The position numbers and the translations under genes were made by a program. From positions 1 to 64,000 of the forward strand of contig JAQGDQ010000269.1 of the NCBI GenBank assembly GCA_030141605.1: DNA of 64,000 bases. The letters run 5' to 3'. This stretch comes from Tubiluchus corallicola (Eukaryota; Animalia; Priapulida). Shown here one piece after another: positions 1-13,170 of this stretch (its first letter is position 1; every line of letters starts with the position of its first letter). The notes beneath the pieces are model-generated. The model was not told the origin of the DNA and did no database searches. It saw nothing but the letters and a program-made list of their open reading frames with translations.

Positions 1-3000
1 TATTACAAAACATTACGTAAACAATGCAATACATTACCATGAAGAAAAAACTACACAGACAAAACCCCACACAGAGGGTGTAATCGTCAACACAATACAC
101 AATAAAACACAATAATAATAGTAAACGGCATTTAGCGACAGGACCTGATATTAAATAATTATAGCAAAACTAGAATATAGCTAACTAGCAAGTTCACTAG
201 AAATGAAAAAGCAAAGATGACTTTCAAGTGTGCCCACACGTACATCCTTTCTCAACGAGATTAATAGTTGAAGCCAGGTTGGTAAATGAAACAGCTATAA
301 AGACAAAAGCAATTTTCCTGGTGTTCATCCATCTGTTTATTAACTAGGCCCAATGTTGCTTAGCCAAGCATTCAGTGTGAATATTTACATTTATATGTTG
401 TTGTTTAGTGATTAACTAATCAGAAATGCTGTGTTAACCAGCTTAGTACCACCCCATCACGGCTCCTACCATTAGAGTGTTGCAGCACGTTTGCATGTCA
501 TGCATTTCTTTAATTCGAATTTTGTATACCCACGTCTCCAATAACTGAAAGAGAAGTTTCTTTAATTATTAATTTGCAACTCTAAATTCAAACTGTAATC
601 TGTACAAGTAATTTTTTATGTATTATACATGAATGTAACGTATAGACAGCGATAAATTGATGTAAAATTTATCTTACGTTTATTACGTATGCACTTTACT
701 TTTTATGCACCAGCAACTAAAGTATATTATGTATGTATGTAGTTAGATTGTACTGTACAGTGTTCTATTAGACTATTAATAGCACGTGTGACTTGGTGTG
801 CGTCGTAAGTAATTCTGTATTTGTGGCAAAGTATGCACAAGAAACATGACTTTTAGCACAGAACACATAAAGACTGTAACACTGATTTCTGTTAAAATTT
901 ATTTTTAAACGCATCGTCACTATAACCACAATTATTAACAAAGTTCGTATTTTTATGCGCAACGGTTTATTATTTGCATTTATTATTTGTAAGTATTTGC
1001 AGTTTAAGACTCCCGTAACAGTGACAGTCAGCGCTGGAGTACAGTAATAATCACTCAGTTAAAATGACATTGGTGAATGGGCACAGTGAAAAAATACCGG
1101 CACACTAAAGTGCTTCTTCCTCTTTGGTGAATTTTCCAGATGGAGTTACATGTAGGGTTATATTTTTATCTAGTTTTCCGTTTGCGCATTTTTCCCTATG
1201 CTATATTTACCGTGCCATTATTAACTGTGAAATAACTGGCATAGTCGTTGCCGATACGTGAATGTGTACTTTTCTATGCTTACTTTGTATCAACAAATGA
1301 GGTCAAAACGAGATTTACAATGTCAAATAAATGTTAAGAACTTTACTTCAATTAAATGATTTCGTGCACATTTAGCTTTTCACATTTCTACAAATCCTAG
1401 TTACATTAATATTTGGATTTATGTGTAACAGCTGCTTGACAGTTTCGCCAAAAATGATCAACTTCGCCCACGTCAGTATTAGTAGCATACTAGTAGCTCA
1501 TATGGGCATAGTCAGATTTGTAAAATCTAGCGAAAAAATTATTTTACCTAATCTCTTCTAATCCACAGTTAATAGGTAAAATATATGGAGTAAATTGTCC
1601 AATCACAAAAAAGTGCAAGAAAACGATTTATGGTGTTTTCTTGTAGTATCTGGCCTAGGAAATAACATATCACAAGTTGGTGGAATTTGGAGGTTCTAAA
1701 AGGATCTAATTAAGACGCAAAAATAGCCGCCATTTGACCAAAAATATTTAGTCTACCAAAATTGTAAAAAAATACTCATTTTGACTCAAAAGCATGAAAC
1801 TTTACATAGTGGTACAACATATTAAGGTTGGATATGGTTAATTTTGGTTATGAAATCAATCAACATTTTCCAATATGCCCGCAATTTTAAATATGGCCGA
1901 CAATATGGCTTATAAGAGCTATATTAAATTAACCTAATTAAAGACCCGTTTGAAAGTTTGTTATTTTCTGTAGCTGGAAAAAAGTTACGTAAATTTTGCA
2001 ATAATTTTGTATTAACGACTCTTTTATAAGATTGTAGACCTACGTCCATACTGATAGAAGGAATGACGTAAAATAAGTAAAGGGCCGTTACTGGTTACTG
2101 GTTTCACCATCACGATGCTGATCACGATATAGACGGCAATGTTTATTTTCATTAATGCAGCCAGGAGAGATGCTTCACTGTTGTCAGACGTAGAACTCAT
2201 GCTTCTTCACATAGGTGTCAGAACTGGGATACCCGCTTGCAGTCTGTCAAACTGGCGATCTATGATGGTCGGATTCTGCTCTCCCCATCTGAGTTCCCCT
2301 CAAACTAGCATAATAGCACAGGGAGCTTACTTTGGACTGCTCTTATTTCCTAACATGCAGTCTACACTGATGGCAAGGACTTTATTAAATTTCTGTTAAC
2401 TTTTGCCTATAAGATCATATGCATATCTCTTGACAAGCTGGTAGTATTGGTCTAGAAGATCATCTGCATTCACAGCTCGTTATTTGACCACTCACTGATA
2501 TGTATAACCTACTGTGTCAGCTAAATCTCGAGTAAGGCCCGTTTAGTGATTTTAGTGAAACATGAATGACCCCTTAATTAGGCCAGCCTTTTCGAATTGT
2601 GGCAGCGCTGTTTCTTGTTTTTGTGGCATTGCATAAAAGCTAAATGCTTTTGTTGCTGCCTTTTACCACTCTTGGTTCGGGAACGAACCATTTTTGCAGC
2701 GAACTGTCGGTAGGTACAGGTACAGGTGCTGCGACTGTCACCTGGATCTGAAGCCCATGCATAAAGCTGCCTACACTGGCTTGAATGGCTTAGTCCCGGT
2801 CGTAATCGGAAAGGTTTATTTCAAAACGCCCTGTGAACTGCAAGTCTCTACTTAATGCTATAACAAAATGTGCTGTTGATCCACAGCTGTTTCATGCAGT
2901 TTATTTTAATATTGACCAAAATGAAAAAACTGCTGTCCGCACTTTTGTCACAATGTGTTCTGTAAATTGCAACACATTAAAAACAATACATAAAACAGGT

Positions 3001-3110
3001 ATATGGCACATCTGTGTAAGCACTACAAAGCACTGCAATTTATATTAAGACTCACAACATTTACAATTTTGCTTTTCTCCTATACTAAGCTTAGCGATAC
3101 ATAATGTTTG

Positions 3111-3689
3111 TCATTTTTTCTTCTTCCCTAGAAATGTGATGATGCCAAAATCGATCACTTCCATCACTGTCAACAAACCAGCGCCTAAAAAAAGGCCCAA
3201 CGCACCACCAATGTCAGATAGAAGTGCCTGTAGGTTATAAGGTATCGTCTGTTTTATTTCTGTGAAATCCAGCGTTGTATAATACACCTCGACAATGGCG
3301 AGATTGCTTCTGGCATGTTCGTAATCCCATCCTCTGGCTGTGCTTGAAATGAATCTTCCAAAGGGCGAAAAAGAGATTTCGGAATTATAGTATTCGCTTT
3401 GGCAAGGTTTTTGACAGTGTTCGTGACACATTTCTGCAATATTGCGGTTGTCCAGTTCCAAAATAAATTCCAAGAAACACAGTGTTTCATTTATCGTCTC
3501 ACAAGGGGGCAGAGAAGAGAAGGGTTCTTGATCAAGCAAAGCATCCAACCATGTAAAATTTTTACTGGTAAGCCACTTGCACCTACATTTTTCCCGTATG
3601 TAACGTGTAGTGCAAAACAGCTTGCAATAACTGTAACTGTAATCCTCAAGCAACTCTTTAGTGCAAGTTGTTCCCGGTATGCGCACAAT
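3111..3689 (-). CDS. DEG/ENaC subunit, last coding exon (Cys-rich thumb, TM2, short C-tail)
   Basis: TTCCAG acceptor. Encodes YSYSYCKLFC...CRC...PPC...C...CQKPC, NLAIVEVYY and LLSDIGGALGLFLGAGLLTVMEVIDF; TGA at 3113-3111. Joined CDS is 1407 nt (468 aa). Confidence 0.95.
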   Translation of the reverse strand: MVRIPGTTCTKELLEDYSYSYCKLFCTTRYIREKCRCKWLTSKNFTWLDALLDQEPFSSLPPCETINETLCFLEFILELDNRNIAEMCHEHCQKPCQSEYYNSEISFSPFGRFISSTARGWDYEHARSNLAIVEVYYTTLDFTEIKQTIPYNLQALLSDIGGALGLFLGAGLLTVMEVIDFGIITFLGKKKK

Positions 3690-3965
3690 CTGGAATAAGA
3701 AAGCATTCTCGAACATGTCCTTTCTATTTATTATCAGAAAACTGGCATCAATTAGCAAAAAAAATACAGCAAAATAAATTATTGTGGATCGAATTTCGTA
3801 GTTCCGTCTATTGATAAAAACATTCAAACAAATCTCGAGTCGCATACTGTTGTCTGATATCAGGGGGCCAGTATTTACTCACATTAGCCTGTGATAGTTT
3901 CTCTTCTCCTTATTATGAACACCTGGCTGCAAATGATACCGACAATTTCAACACTACAGATGTTT

Positions 3966-4376
<411 letters not shown>

Positions 4377-4396
4377 CCCCTAATTAAGATGAATAC

Positions 4397-4498
4397 CTTG
4401 CGTAATGTGATGCCAATGGTAGTGTAGCCTCCGACTCCAGCTCTGATGCTATTCTCACAATCATAGGACATCGCTTCGGTCGGATGTTGAACACATAC
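4397..4498 (-). CDS. DEG/ENaC subunit, coding exon 5
   Basis: TAG acceptor, GTATT donor. 102 nt encoding VCVQHPTEAMSYDCENSIRAGVGGYTTIGITLRK, which continues AGLR|VxVxH...G..T.I typical of the family. Confidence 0.85.
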
Positions 4499-5992
4499 CT
4501 ATTAGCGAAAAGCATCCAATTAGCGACAAATATTGGCACATTGCTCAAATAATACTAGATAAATTTATTTGCTACGTTTCAAGTAACTGTCTTACCGGTC
4601 ATCAGAACTTTTATATCTGCATTAAAATATAATTCTGTTGTACATACAGTCAGTAATTATAACTGCTACATTTGTTGAGCAACATTTACTTTTACTGTCG
4701 AGTGTTCCACTAACTCTAGTAACAACTTATTAAATTTTACAGATGCCTCTGCAGATTCTAATCCATCGGGCAAATTTCTCAGTTATAGAAAAAGTGGGCA
4801 AATTTCTCAGCTACAGAAAAAGTGAATATGTATATCTCGCGTCAAACCGAGTAACAGGTTTCAAAAGCTTAAAAATATGTGGCAGTGTATTCTTTGGTCA
4901 ATTGAGCCTTCTCGCTCTCATCGTCACGTTCTTCTCTACAAAGAGACCTTAAAGGAGGACATGATGTGATTTTCCATATACTGCAACACTTTCAAGTACG
5001 CTAAACTAAAAATGTGCATTTTAACGCCAATAATATGCAAAAGCGTTGTTGATAACTAAATAATAGATAAAACCTTAATTAACGGAGGGCGAGCTCAACT
5101 ATTGGTGATGTCGCAAACTAACATAATTTTCAACAGCAAAAACGTTCCATACGCGTGCTGCACGTGTGCACGTGTTTGGAAAAGCGAAAATTGAAGTACA
5201 GCACTACTGTGAGATTCAGTGTGTTGCACTAAAACTCGGTACGATTTAAGATAAAATTTCAAATTTACCGCTGTGCTCATGCATGAGCTGTCGAACGCGT
5301 GCAGTGCAATATAATAAAGGTATAGCAATGCCAAAGCCCCTAATCTACGAGAGACGTCCTGTGCGTGAGTGAGGAGTCTAACCAAGCCCTGCTGCGAGCT
5401 GGTGTCACGGCATCTATGTCAGCTCCGTGCGCAGTCTGACAAATGGGTCAGTTCGTCGTCACGTGACACCGCGCCATAAAATTTCCTTATTTGGCTTGGC
5501 TTCATGAACACTCTTCTTAGCACAATTATTTGACATTTAACATATTTTAACCGGATCTCTTTACTAATTGTTTTGATCTACAGTCTAGCATTGGTAGAAA
5601 AAATGTGGTCTGGACATGGATGAGTTAAAAGAAATCGTGTCTAAGAACATGTAAAAGTTAGAAATTGCAAATATGACCAATGTAAATCACCCAAGCAGTG
5701 TAGCGAACACAGATGCTAAATTCGCCAAATTTCCCATTATCGGCAACAAAAAAACAACAAAACAAAAAGTAAACGTGATTTTTCACAATATTCCATCGAG
5801 ACCCATTTTATGAGCACGAAAGATGTATACTCTACATTCGAGTTAGGGAAAATAAAATATAATCCAGTAGTTTTGACCCTGCCCACGTAGTTTACATGGT
5901 TAATTGTCACGGTTATGATACTCCAGGGCAGTGTGTATTGCATTTTCACATCAGAGGACATTTAAATAAAAATGTTGGATTGCAGGACCCAA

Positions 5993-6434
5993 AGCCGTCT
6001 TAACACTATTATAGGCCCTGGGCCAAAGCAGTGAACGGGACCCTCTACCTGCAAAACCAATCAGACCATGTAAATGGTCGATAAAATTAAATATATGATT
6101 ATTGTATTGGTACTTCCAACAAAATCAGTGTTAAACATTAAAAAGTGTGCTGTGCCACCAACGATTAATTAACACAAACGTTTGAACAATATAACATGAG
6201 CACTCAAAAATGCAGAAATTTCAACATATGAATGAAACTCAATTGGTAAACATTACAGACGGAAATGGCACAGTATGAAATTACTATGAATGTACACTTG
6301 TAACATCATAACAAATGTTTACAGTTTAGTATTTAGTTATTGACAGCAACTCACAACATACATAGATTAGCATAGGTCTCTATGCTCGTGGAGTCCCTGG
6401 ACAACTGTCGAGGGTGCCTATGCGTTAAGAGGGC
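5993..6434. mobile_element. hAT-like MITE relic
   Basis: Terminal inverted GCCGTCTTAAC ... GTTAAGAGGGC with GC-rich subterminal GGCCC motifs around an AT-rich core. No clean TSD. Confidence 0.45.
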
Positions 6435-7409
6435 CCAATTTAGAATGAGCGCTCCACATTGCATTGTGCAGTTTGTTCTGTAAATTCTGCATGTGCAATT
6501 GAGCATTGTCAGAGAATTTTTTCACAGCTATTAATACCTGCCCCTAAAAGTCAGATCTTTTAACCAAAGGAGCACACCGCATCAGCAGGTTAAATCCTTC
6601 TCTTAATATAAAAATTGAGGCAATGTATGCAATCTTGTATTACACTGACATCACAGATTGTCACAAATTCCTTCTGCAGATGGCAGCACTACATTGTTTC
6701 CCACCAAATTTGAGCAAAGTAAACAAGCCACTTATTTCTTTGTTTTCTACGTAAAGTGCTTGCTTAATTCTGTTATCCAGTTATCCTGGCAAACATTTGG
6801 TATTTTATCATTATTTCGTCTTCAGTAAGTTAAGTAACAATTCATATCCGTTCAGCAAATGTAGTAGTCATTATAATTACTGACTGTAAGTATTGCACCA
6901 AAATTATATTTTATTACAGATATAAAGCTTGGTGACAAGGAGGCAATTACTCGAAACGTATCAAATAGATTTATCTCGCAGTATTACCAGTTAATTTAGA
7001 TAATGACTGACTATTAGATGGTCCTGTTTGTGGTATTGCTGTTATGGTGGCACTGTTTGTTTTCATATCTTGTTTTCACATCCAAAGTAGCATGACGCGT
7101 ATTTTAATTTATAATCTGTGCACATTTTAATGTTATCTTTATCTTATCTTATCTTATCATTGTTACTGTTATCAGACTTCATTGCCTTAACCGTCATCGT
7201 ATATATACTATATTCATAGTATTCGTAGTACATGTTCTATAAAACTTTAACGTTGTAGGGCCTAGCTAAAATATAAATTCACTATTACAATTTCCTCATT
7301 GCTCAGGCAGAAATTTTTGCTAATAAACCGTAAAATAGCTTTCATACGTGCCACCAACATCAGATACCACCTTATCTAGCAAAAGTGGGAAATACAATTG
7401 AAAAGTTAC

Positions 7410-7525
7410 TCTGAGTCCAGCAACGCCGTGAGACGACATGAAATACTCATCCTGGTTTATGTTATAAGCCACCAAGAAGGAGCCGGGCGGTCCTCTTTTA
7501 TTTGTGTGAAGAATATTGCTAGGAT
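7410..7525 (-). CDS. DEG/ENaC subunit, coding exon 4
   Basis: CAG acceptor, GTAAC donor. Encodes (D)PSNILHTNKRGPPGSFLVAYNINQDEYFMSSHGVAGLR (NxxQxEY...AGLR palm/beta-ball motif). Phase 1 to 0. Confidence 0.88.
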
Positions 7526-8992
7526 CTGCAAAAGACAGTTGAAAATTTTTCAGTTTCAGGAACATGTTATTGTCATTGAATAGGCTGCTGCAATCTTTCC
7601 AAGCTTCCCATCTATGCTGGTGACACTATTCTGCATAAAACTATCAAGTTACCAAGACGTGCTTCTTCACAATGCCCGACCAGAAATTACTCAAATGTCT
7701 GGAAGGAATCTTGGCTTAAAACGAGCGCCCTTTAATACGAAGAAGACGAAGTTTTTAGCATTTTCTGGCCACCTTAGTGCTGCACTGCCTATTATTACAA
7801 ATAGGGGTGTTTTTTCTCTTTCCGGTCAGTCTTTGTCCGCTTAGCAGGCCGTCACTTTTGTTCCGATCTAAGACAAAAGAAATTTCTTACAGTAGCGGTA
7901 TCAAAAAGTGGGGCACCTGTATTGTGCTTCTATTTCCCGGTACTCTGTCTTTGCAAATCGACCATGTGATCTTGCTTAGAAAAATACTGTCGTTACATCC
8001 ACCTGATCGAGCTTGATACCCTTAAGTCTTTTTATTGCTACTTCTATGCATGATGTTTTCAGAATTTCTCGTCACTGCCTCCTCAATGTCGACTGATAAT
8101 ACTGCATTCATAGCATTGCTTTTCTGCTGCTTCTCATGGACATGCCCCAGACTTTTCTAGATGGTTGTAAAACAGCTGCTTGAAATCCGCTTTTTCTCGC
8201 GGACTGTTTATCTGTAGAATTTCTTATCAAAAAATTGTTTTTCTGAGACCTGCAACCACATTCCATTCAAAAAATGGATCCTCTGTTCTGTTTCCAACAC
8301 TCCATTAATTCTGTTTCTCTAAACAAGCAATCATAATTATTTCATATACATATCTTCACCTTTTTTTAATATAGCCTCTTACCTTGCGTGGTCGTTTTGT
8401 ATTACCTTTTCGCACACTCATTGAGTATTTATATCAACTCTTTAGTGGAATTACACTTAGCAGAGATTTAAAAAAAGCCGTATACGATGGAAATTCTAAC
8501 AAAAGGCTTTTAGTTGGTTAGCACTACAAGTTTTGCAAAGTTGATATACAGATGCTAACCGTTTTGAAATAATTCAACATGTTTAAAAATAGGTTAGTGA
8601 CTGTGTTATCTGCACATGTTAGTGCCATCTGCATATGTAGTTATTAACATTGCAAGGGATTACGAAGCCATTGAGATATCAAATCAAGAAAATAAAAATG
8701 TAACAACAAACCCCTCACTCGGGATATGTTGTAGCACAGCCTGGGGAATATGAAACAGTGGTAGTTGTATTTAGTTACCTGACAGGGTTTTTTCAATGAA
8801 TTTAGATACGTTTAAATGTAGAAACAAGCCAATACACAAATACAAAGGCTGTTTCAAACCCACATTACACCCAGCCCTGGTCTTCCAGCAATCTGAGCAA
8901 GCTTGCCCTTAAGATGCTTGAGTTTTTTTGTTATCTAAGTCCACCCCACCCCAATTCACTCAGTAGTTTGTACTAAAAATCACATAACTCAC

Positions 8993-9074
8993 CTGAGTTA
9001 AAAACAAGACAAACCCCGATATTGGTTAGTCGAGGCTTGAGGCTGCCGCGGCACAATTCCCCTTTCCAGCTGCA
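8993..9074 (-). CDS. DEG/ENaC subunit, coding exon 3
   Basis: TTTTAG acceptor, GTGAGT donor. Encodes CSWKGELCRGSLKPRLTNIGVCLVFNS, matching the family C-x-W/F-x-G-x-x-C...T-x-x-G-x-C-x-x-FN motif. Not in the ORF track. Confidence 0.9.
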
Positions 9075-9124
9075 CTAAAATAAAATACCAACAATTACCA
9101 GATGGTGGTGGTGTGATTGCTGTT

Positions 9125-9275
9125 GCGAAAGTGGTGTTGACAAGCCACTGGCATAGCAGTGTCTAGTTTTTTGCTGGATTACTGCTGTGTTTACCTGTCT
9201 TGAGGGCAGATTTCTTTTATAGAGTTCTGCCTGCCTAGTGTTTACAATGGACGTAATGGGCATATGATTATGATG
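9125..9275 (+). mobile_element. Short interspersed repeat with (GAT)n end, copy 1
   Basis: AAGTGGTGYTGACAAGCCACTGGCATAG...TTACCTGTCTTGAGGG...AGAGTTCTGCCTGCC is shared with 49548-49705 and, inverted, with 35553-35638. Confidence 0.8.
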
Positions 9276-9975
9276 ATGATGCCATTACAGTGTTGGTCGT
9301 TGCTGCTGATTATTATGATAATGATGGTGATGACGTTATTGGTGTTGGCATCACTGTTGTTGTTATTCTCGTTGGTGTCATTGCGTTTTTGCTTCATTGC
9401 CAGCTATGCCTTTGTTATTGTTGTTGTCACTGTTCCTGTCATTACTGTTACTGCCGCTGCTGCTGGCGGTGTTGCTGGTGTTGTTGTTATTGTCATTGTC
9501 ATCGTCGTTTTTGCAATTGTCTTTACTTTCCTTGTTGTTGCAGTTGCCTCTATTTGTGATGTAGATAAAGATCCTGCTGCTGATAATGATAATGATAATG
9601 ATGATGATAGTTATGATGGTAACGATAATAATAATGACGGTGATAATGATGATGATGATGATGATGATGACGACGACGACGATGATGATGATGATGATGA
9701 CGATGACAATAATGATGATGATGGTGCTGGTAGAGATGATGGTGGAAGTTGTGGTGATGATGATGAAGATGACGATGATAATAATGATGATGATGATGAT
9801 GACGATGCTGGTAGTGATGGCGGTGGTCGTGATGATGACAATGATGGTGACGGTCACGACTATGATGATGATAGTGATTACGACGACGATGACGGTGATG
9901 ATGAGTATGGTGATGACAGTTATGATAGCACGATGATGATGAAATAACGATAATGATATTGACGATGGTCATGAT
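9264..9975. repeat. Degenerate (GTT/GCT/GAT/GAC)n trinucleotide tract
   Basis: Seen directly. Source of several low-complexity ORFs in the track. Confidence 0.95.
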
Positions 9976-10045
9976 TAATGTCGAAATAGATGCTTAATTA
10001 GCAAAAAATTAATGAAGTGAGCTGTAATAGTGTAATGGAGCATAC

Positions 10046-10175
10046 CTCTTCGATTCCACTGATGTCTGTCCTGGGAAACTCTCGTATTAAAGACCCGTAT
10101 CCAGAATCATCCAACTTAATAACCGCATCCTTTATTGTCGGAAAGTTTATCTCATTTAGCTCTAGTAATGACAAC
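10046..10175 (-). CDS. DEG/ENaC subunit, coding exon 2 (finger region)
   Basis: CAG acceptor and GTATG donor. The 130-nt exon is open and bridges phase 2 to phase 0: (R)LSLLELNEINFPTIKDAVIKLDDSGYGSLIREFPRTDISGIEE. Supported by phase fit rather than by a motif. Confidence 0.75.
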
Positions 10176-12689
10176 CTGTAAAAGCATTAGATAAGATAAG
10201 GTCTTTTTTTAAAGTCGATAAGTAAAATAAGCAACATTATCTGGTTCTCCTTTACAACCAGGTCGAGTGTACTAAACCATTACAAAATATAACATAAGAA
10301 GAGCAAAATATGAAACACAATTTAAAATTACACAAATTTAATTTTACACACAGTTACAAAATTATCCAATAAATAAAAGATTTTGAGGTTTAAATTCAGT
10401 TGATAAAATGAACACAAGCTGATTAAAAAACTAAATTTCTGAGGATAAAATTTAGAAAGTAGAAAGCTTTCAGTGAATATTTCTTAATTCGTCACAAAAG
10501 AAGTAGGTCCTTGGAAATTTGCAGTTAGCACAAAAAATCTTAATAAGAAAATGTGCATTAATATACATGTACTGTAAATGTGAATTAAAGAATCCCATTA
10601 AAGAAGACAATTAAAAGGAAGCAGTAAGAAAAACACGAAGTGGAATCGTCGTGTTTTTTCTTCCTTTTTCCCTGTTTTTCAATTGTGGGATTTTTTTTAA
10701 TTGCACGTATTAAATTCCATGCATTTTTCACCAAATTTTACAATAAAATGTTTATTTAAGATCAATATTTCAGAAAACAGAGCCGGAAAATATGGATCTT
10801 TAATCATTAGTACAGCTTTTGTACAGTTTAAAATTCTAAAATACGCGAATTAATTCGGGACAAAAAGGACAAGTTACTTTGCGCATTTACTAACTTAATA
10901 AGGACTTTTCATCATCCTTTCACGCAAGCGTTGTATTGGCTTTTATCCTAGCACAGCACAGCCGTTATTAATCTAAATATTATTAGGTTTCATAAATCCA
11001 TCATGTGCGTACGACACGCGCTGGAAAAGGGACAGCTATTAAACAAGTATTCGCGGATTTGCACGCGAAAAGACGTCATGATTGATACGTGAGAGCTGTC
11101 AGCAAGCTGTCCTGGGTTGAGTTAGATGTGTTTAACAGAAGAAATCTGCTAAGGGCATGCGCTATGGCTTCGATGAGCTATAATATTTATGACCTTATAC
11201 AAGTTTAGAACCATTTTGCTTTCCAGACGTATACTGACGAAAACAGCGTGAACTATTATCTGAAAGCCAAAATGACAATATTTTTACTTAGTTTCTACTA
11301 AAGTGTGATTTTAGATTTAGCATAATTTTGTATTGTTATTGTCATATTTTTTATATTTGTCACTTTAGTTTTATATTTGTACTTTTATATATGGGGACTG
11401 CCGAATTACACCCATACAAGATGTTTACCGTGCATTTCAAACATGCACTCTTTCCCAACGCAATTACAGTGCCCATTTGTGAAATGTTATATTAAATGCA
11501 TGAATTCACCAATTGCACGCTATGCAACACATTCAGTTACCAGTACTGCTGGCTATGACATTAAACTGATATGTACGAGGTATAATTTAAATAATGTACT
11601 TGAATATTCCATTTCGTATCTGCACTCTCTAATAAAAATGACCTGTATGTCATCGCTGTCCCAGAGTGACGAAATTTACTTGTAAATTGCTGCTGTTATT
11701 GTACAGTGTCGAGATAGCATGACGTCGTAGATACTTGAGTTTGGATATAGTGAATTAAAATTTTTGCTCAACTATGTCTTGACAGTGTATATATGTCAAA
11801 TTGTATATGTGTACATGTATATATAGCGTGTATAATGTATATATAACACATATATAAACGCTTCTACTGTTAGCAACTCCTTTTTCCGTTCTTGTTCAAT
11901 ATGATGTATGTGTTTTGTAATTATAATTTATTATTTGCTTGTACTTAAATAATTGTGCTACTATGTAATTGTATAAGTGTTGTATGCTTGTAATCTTGTT
12001 ATAATCACTCATCGTTTTCACCTGCACTTATTATATTATGTAGTTTCCTACATACACATTGCATCGTTTACTAATGTGTACTGTAATATTCGAGTACGTA
12101 ATAAATAATAAATAAAATAACTATGATGTTTTTTAATTAAGTCGGATTGTACTATTTTTGTTGATCAACTATAGCAAAAGATAAATATGCATGCCTACTC
12201 ATTGAGACAGGTGAATAAGTTAGTGAACTTCAACACCTTCATGTCGTAAAAATATCTGAGCTACAGACTCGAATTTTTTAACATGTTTGCTTCACAAGCT
12301 GTGCTTTATTTTTGTAGTGCTTGTAAATAATTTTGTAAATAATAATTTTGTTTTACTTTTTTATATTTTATATGACAATAAACTTTATATATGGCAAGGC
12401 AGAAAGACCGAAAGACATGTCGCCATTCTGTTCTGGATGTACAAGACCAGTACCAGGAACGCTTCGCTAATCATGTTGGAGTTTTTAGATCCGGTGTACC
12501 AGGTTAAATATACTCTCATTCATTATACCTCCCGTAATTTAAAGCTAATTTTTTACGTTACTGGGGAAATACCTAAACTAGGTTCAAAGTACCTCCCGTG
12601 GAATCTTACAACTAGGTTAGAAATATCACTATTTTTATGACAGTGATTGCCAGACTTTTTATAAACCATTGCAGTTTATATTACAAATT

Positions 12690-13170
12690 ATTACCCATTA
12701 AGGGTAATGAGTTGAAAAAAAGAGACGAGAAAAACTGTGGACTAGTCCTAAACATTTATAAAACCAAAACAGACAGAGTAGATATAACTCAAAATTATGT
12801 ACTCAAACATGTACTAGGCCACTTTTCTAAAAAAGAAATAAACACATTTACACTCAGCCACTACCAATAGAGAAAAATTAAGAGTACCCACTATAGAATC
12901 AAATATTTATTACCATACCTTAATATTTCTATTTAAATATATAAATGATATCATTCCTGCTTTCAAAGAAAATGGTTTATTATTTACACTCGATAAACAT
13001 AAAAACGAACGCACCTATAATCTAAAACATTTACTTACAAAAAACACACATGAACACAATTCAGTAAGCAAAACAGCAATCAACTTATGAAATTCAGCAC
13101 GCTTAAATATAAAAAAAAGACGGATTAACAACATTTAAAACAGAACTAAAAAACAAACTGCTAACTCACA
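12690..13170 (+). mobile_element. Decayed CR1/L2-group LINE ORF2 3' fragment
   Basis: Translates with stops and frameshifts to LVLNIYKTK ... LIFLFKYINDIIP ... KTAINL*NSARLNIK ... TTFKTELKNKLL, the usual LWNxLP..FK..LK..LL C-terminus. Confidence 0.6.

Noticed and set aside
3690-3845. N-terminal part of the 244-aa ORF with an apparent TM segment
   Set aside because: Intronic read-through upstream of the TTCCAG acceptor at 3690; no family similarity.
3884-3927. Possible extra ENaC mini-exon (CAG|CCAGGT...CTAAT|GTGAGT)
   Set aside because: Its 44 nt would shift the frame, and exon 5 already joins the last exon in phase (ITLRK|IVRIP).
7600-8400. Coding-looking stretch in an ENaC intron as a nested gene
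   Set aside because: All frames are interrupted, with no consistent splice-phase chain or recognisable motif. Probably old transposon debris.
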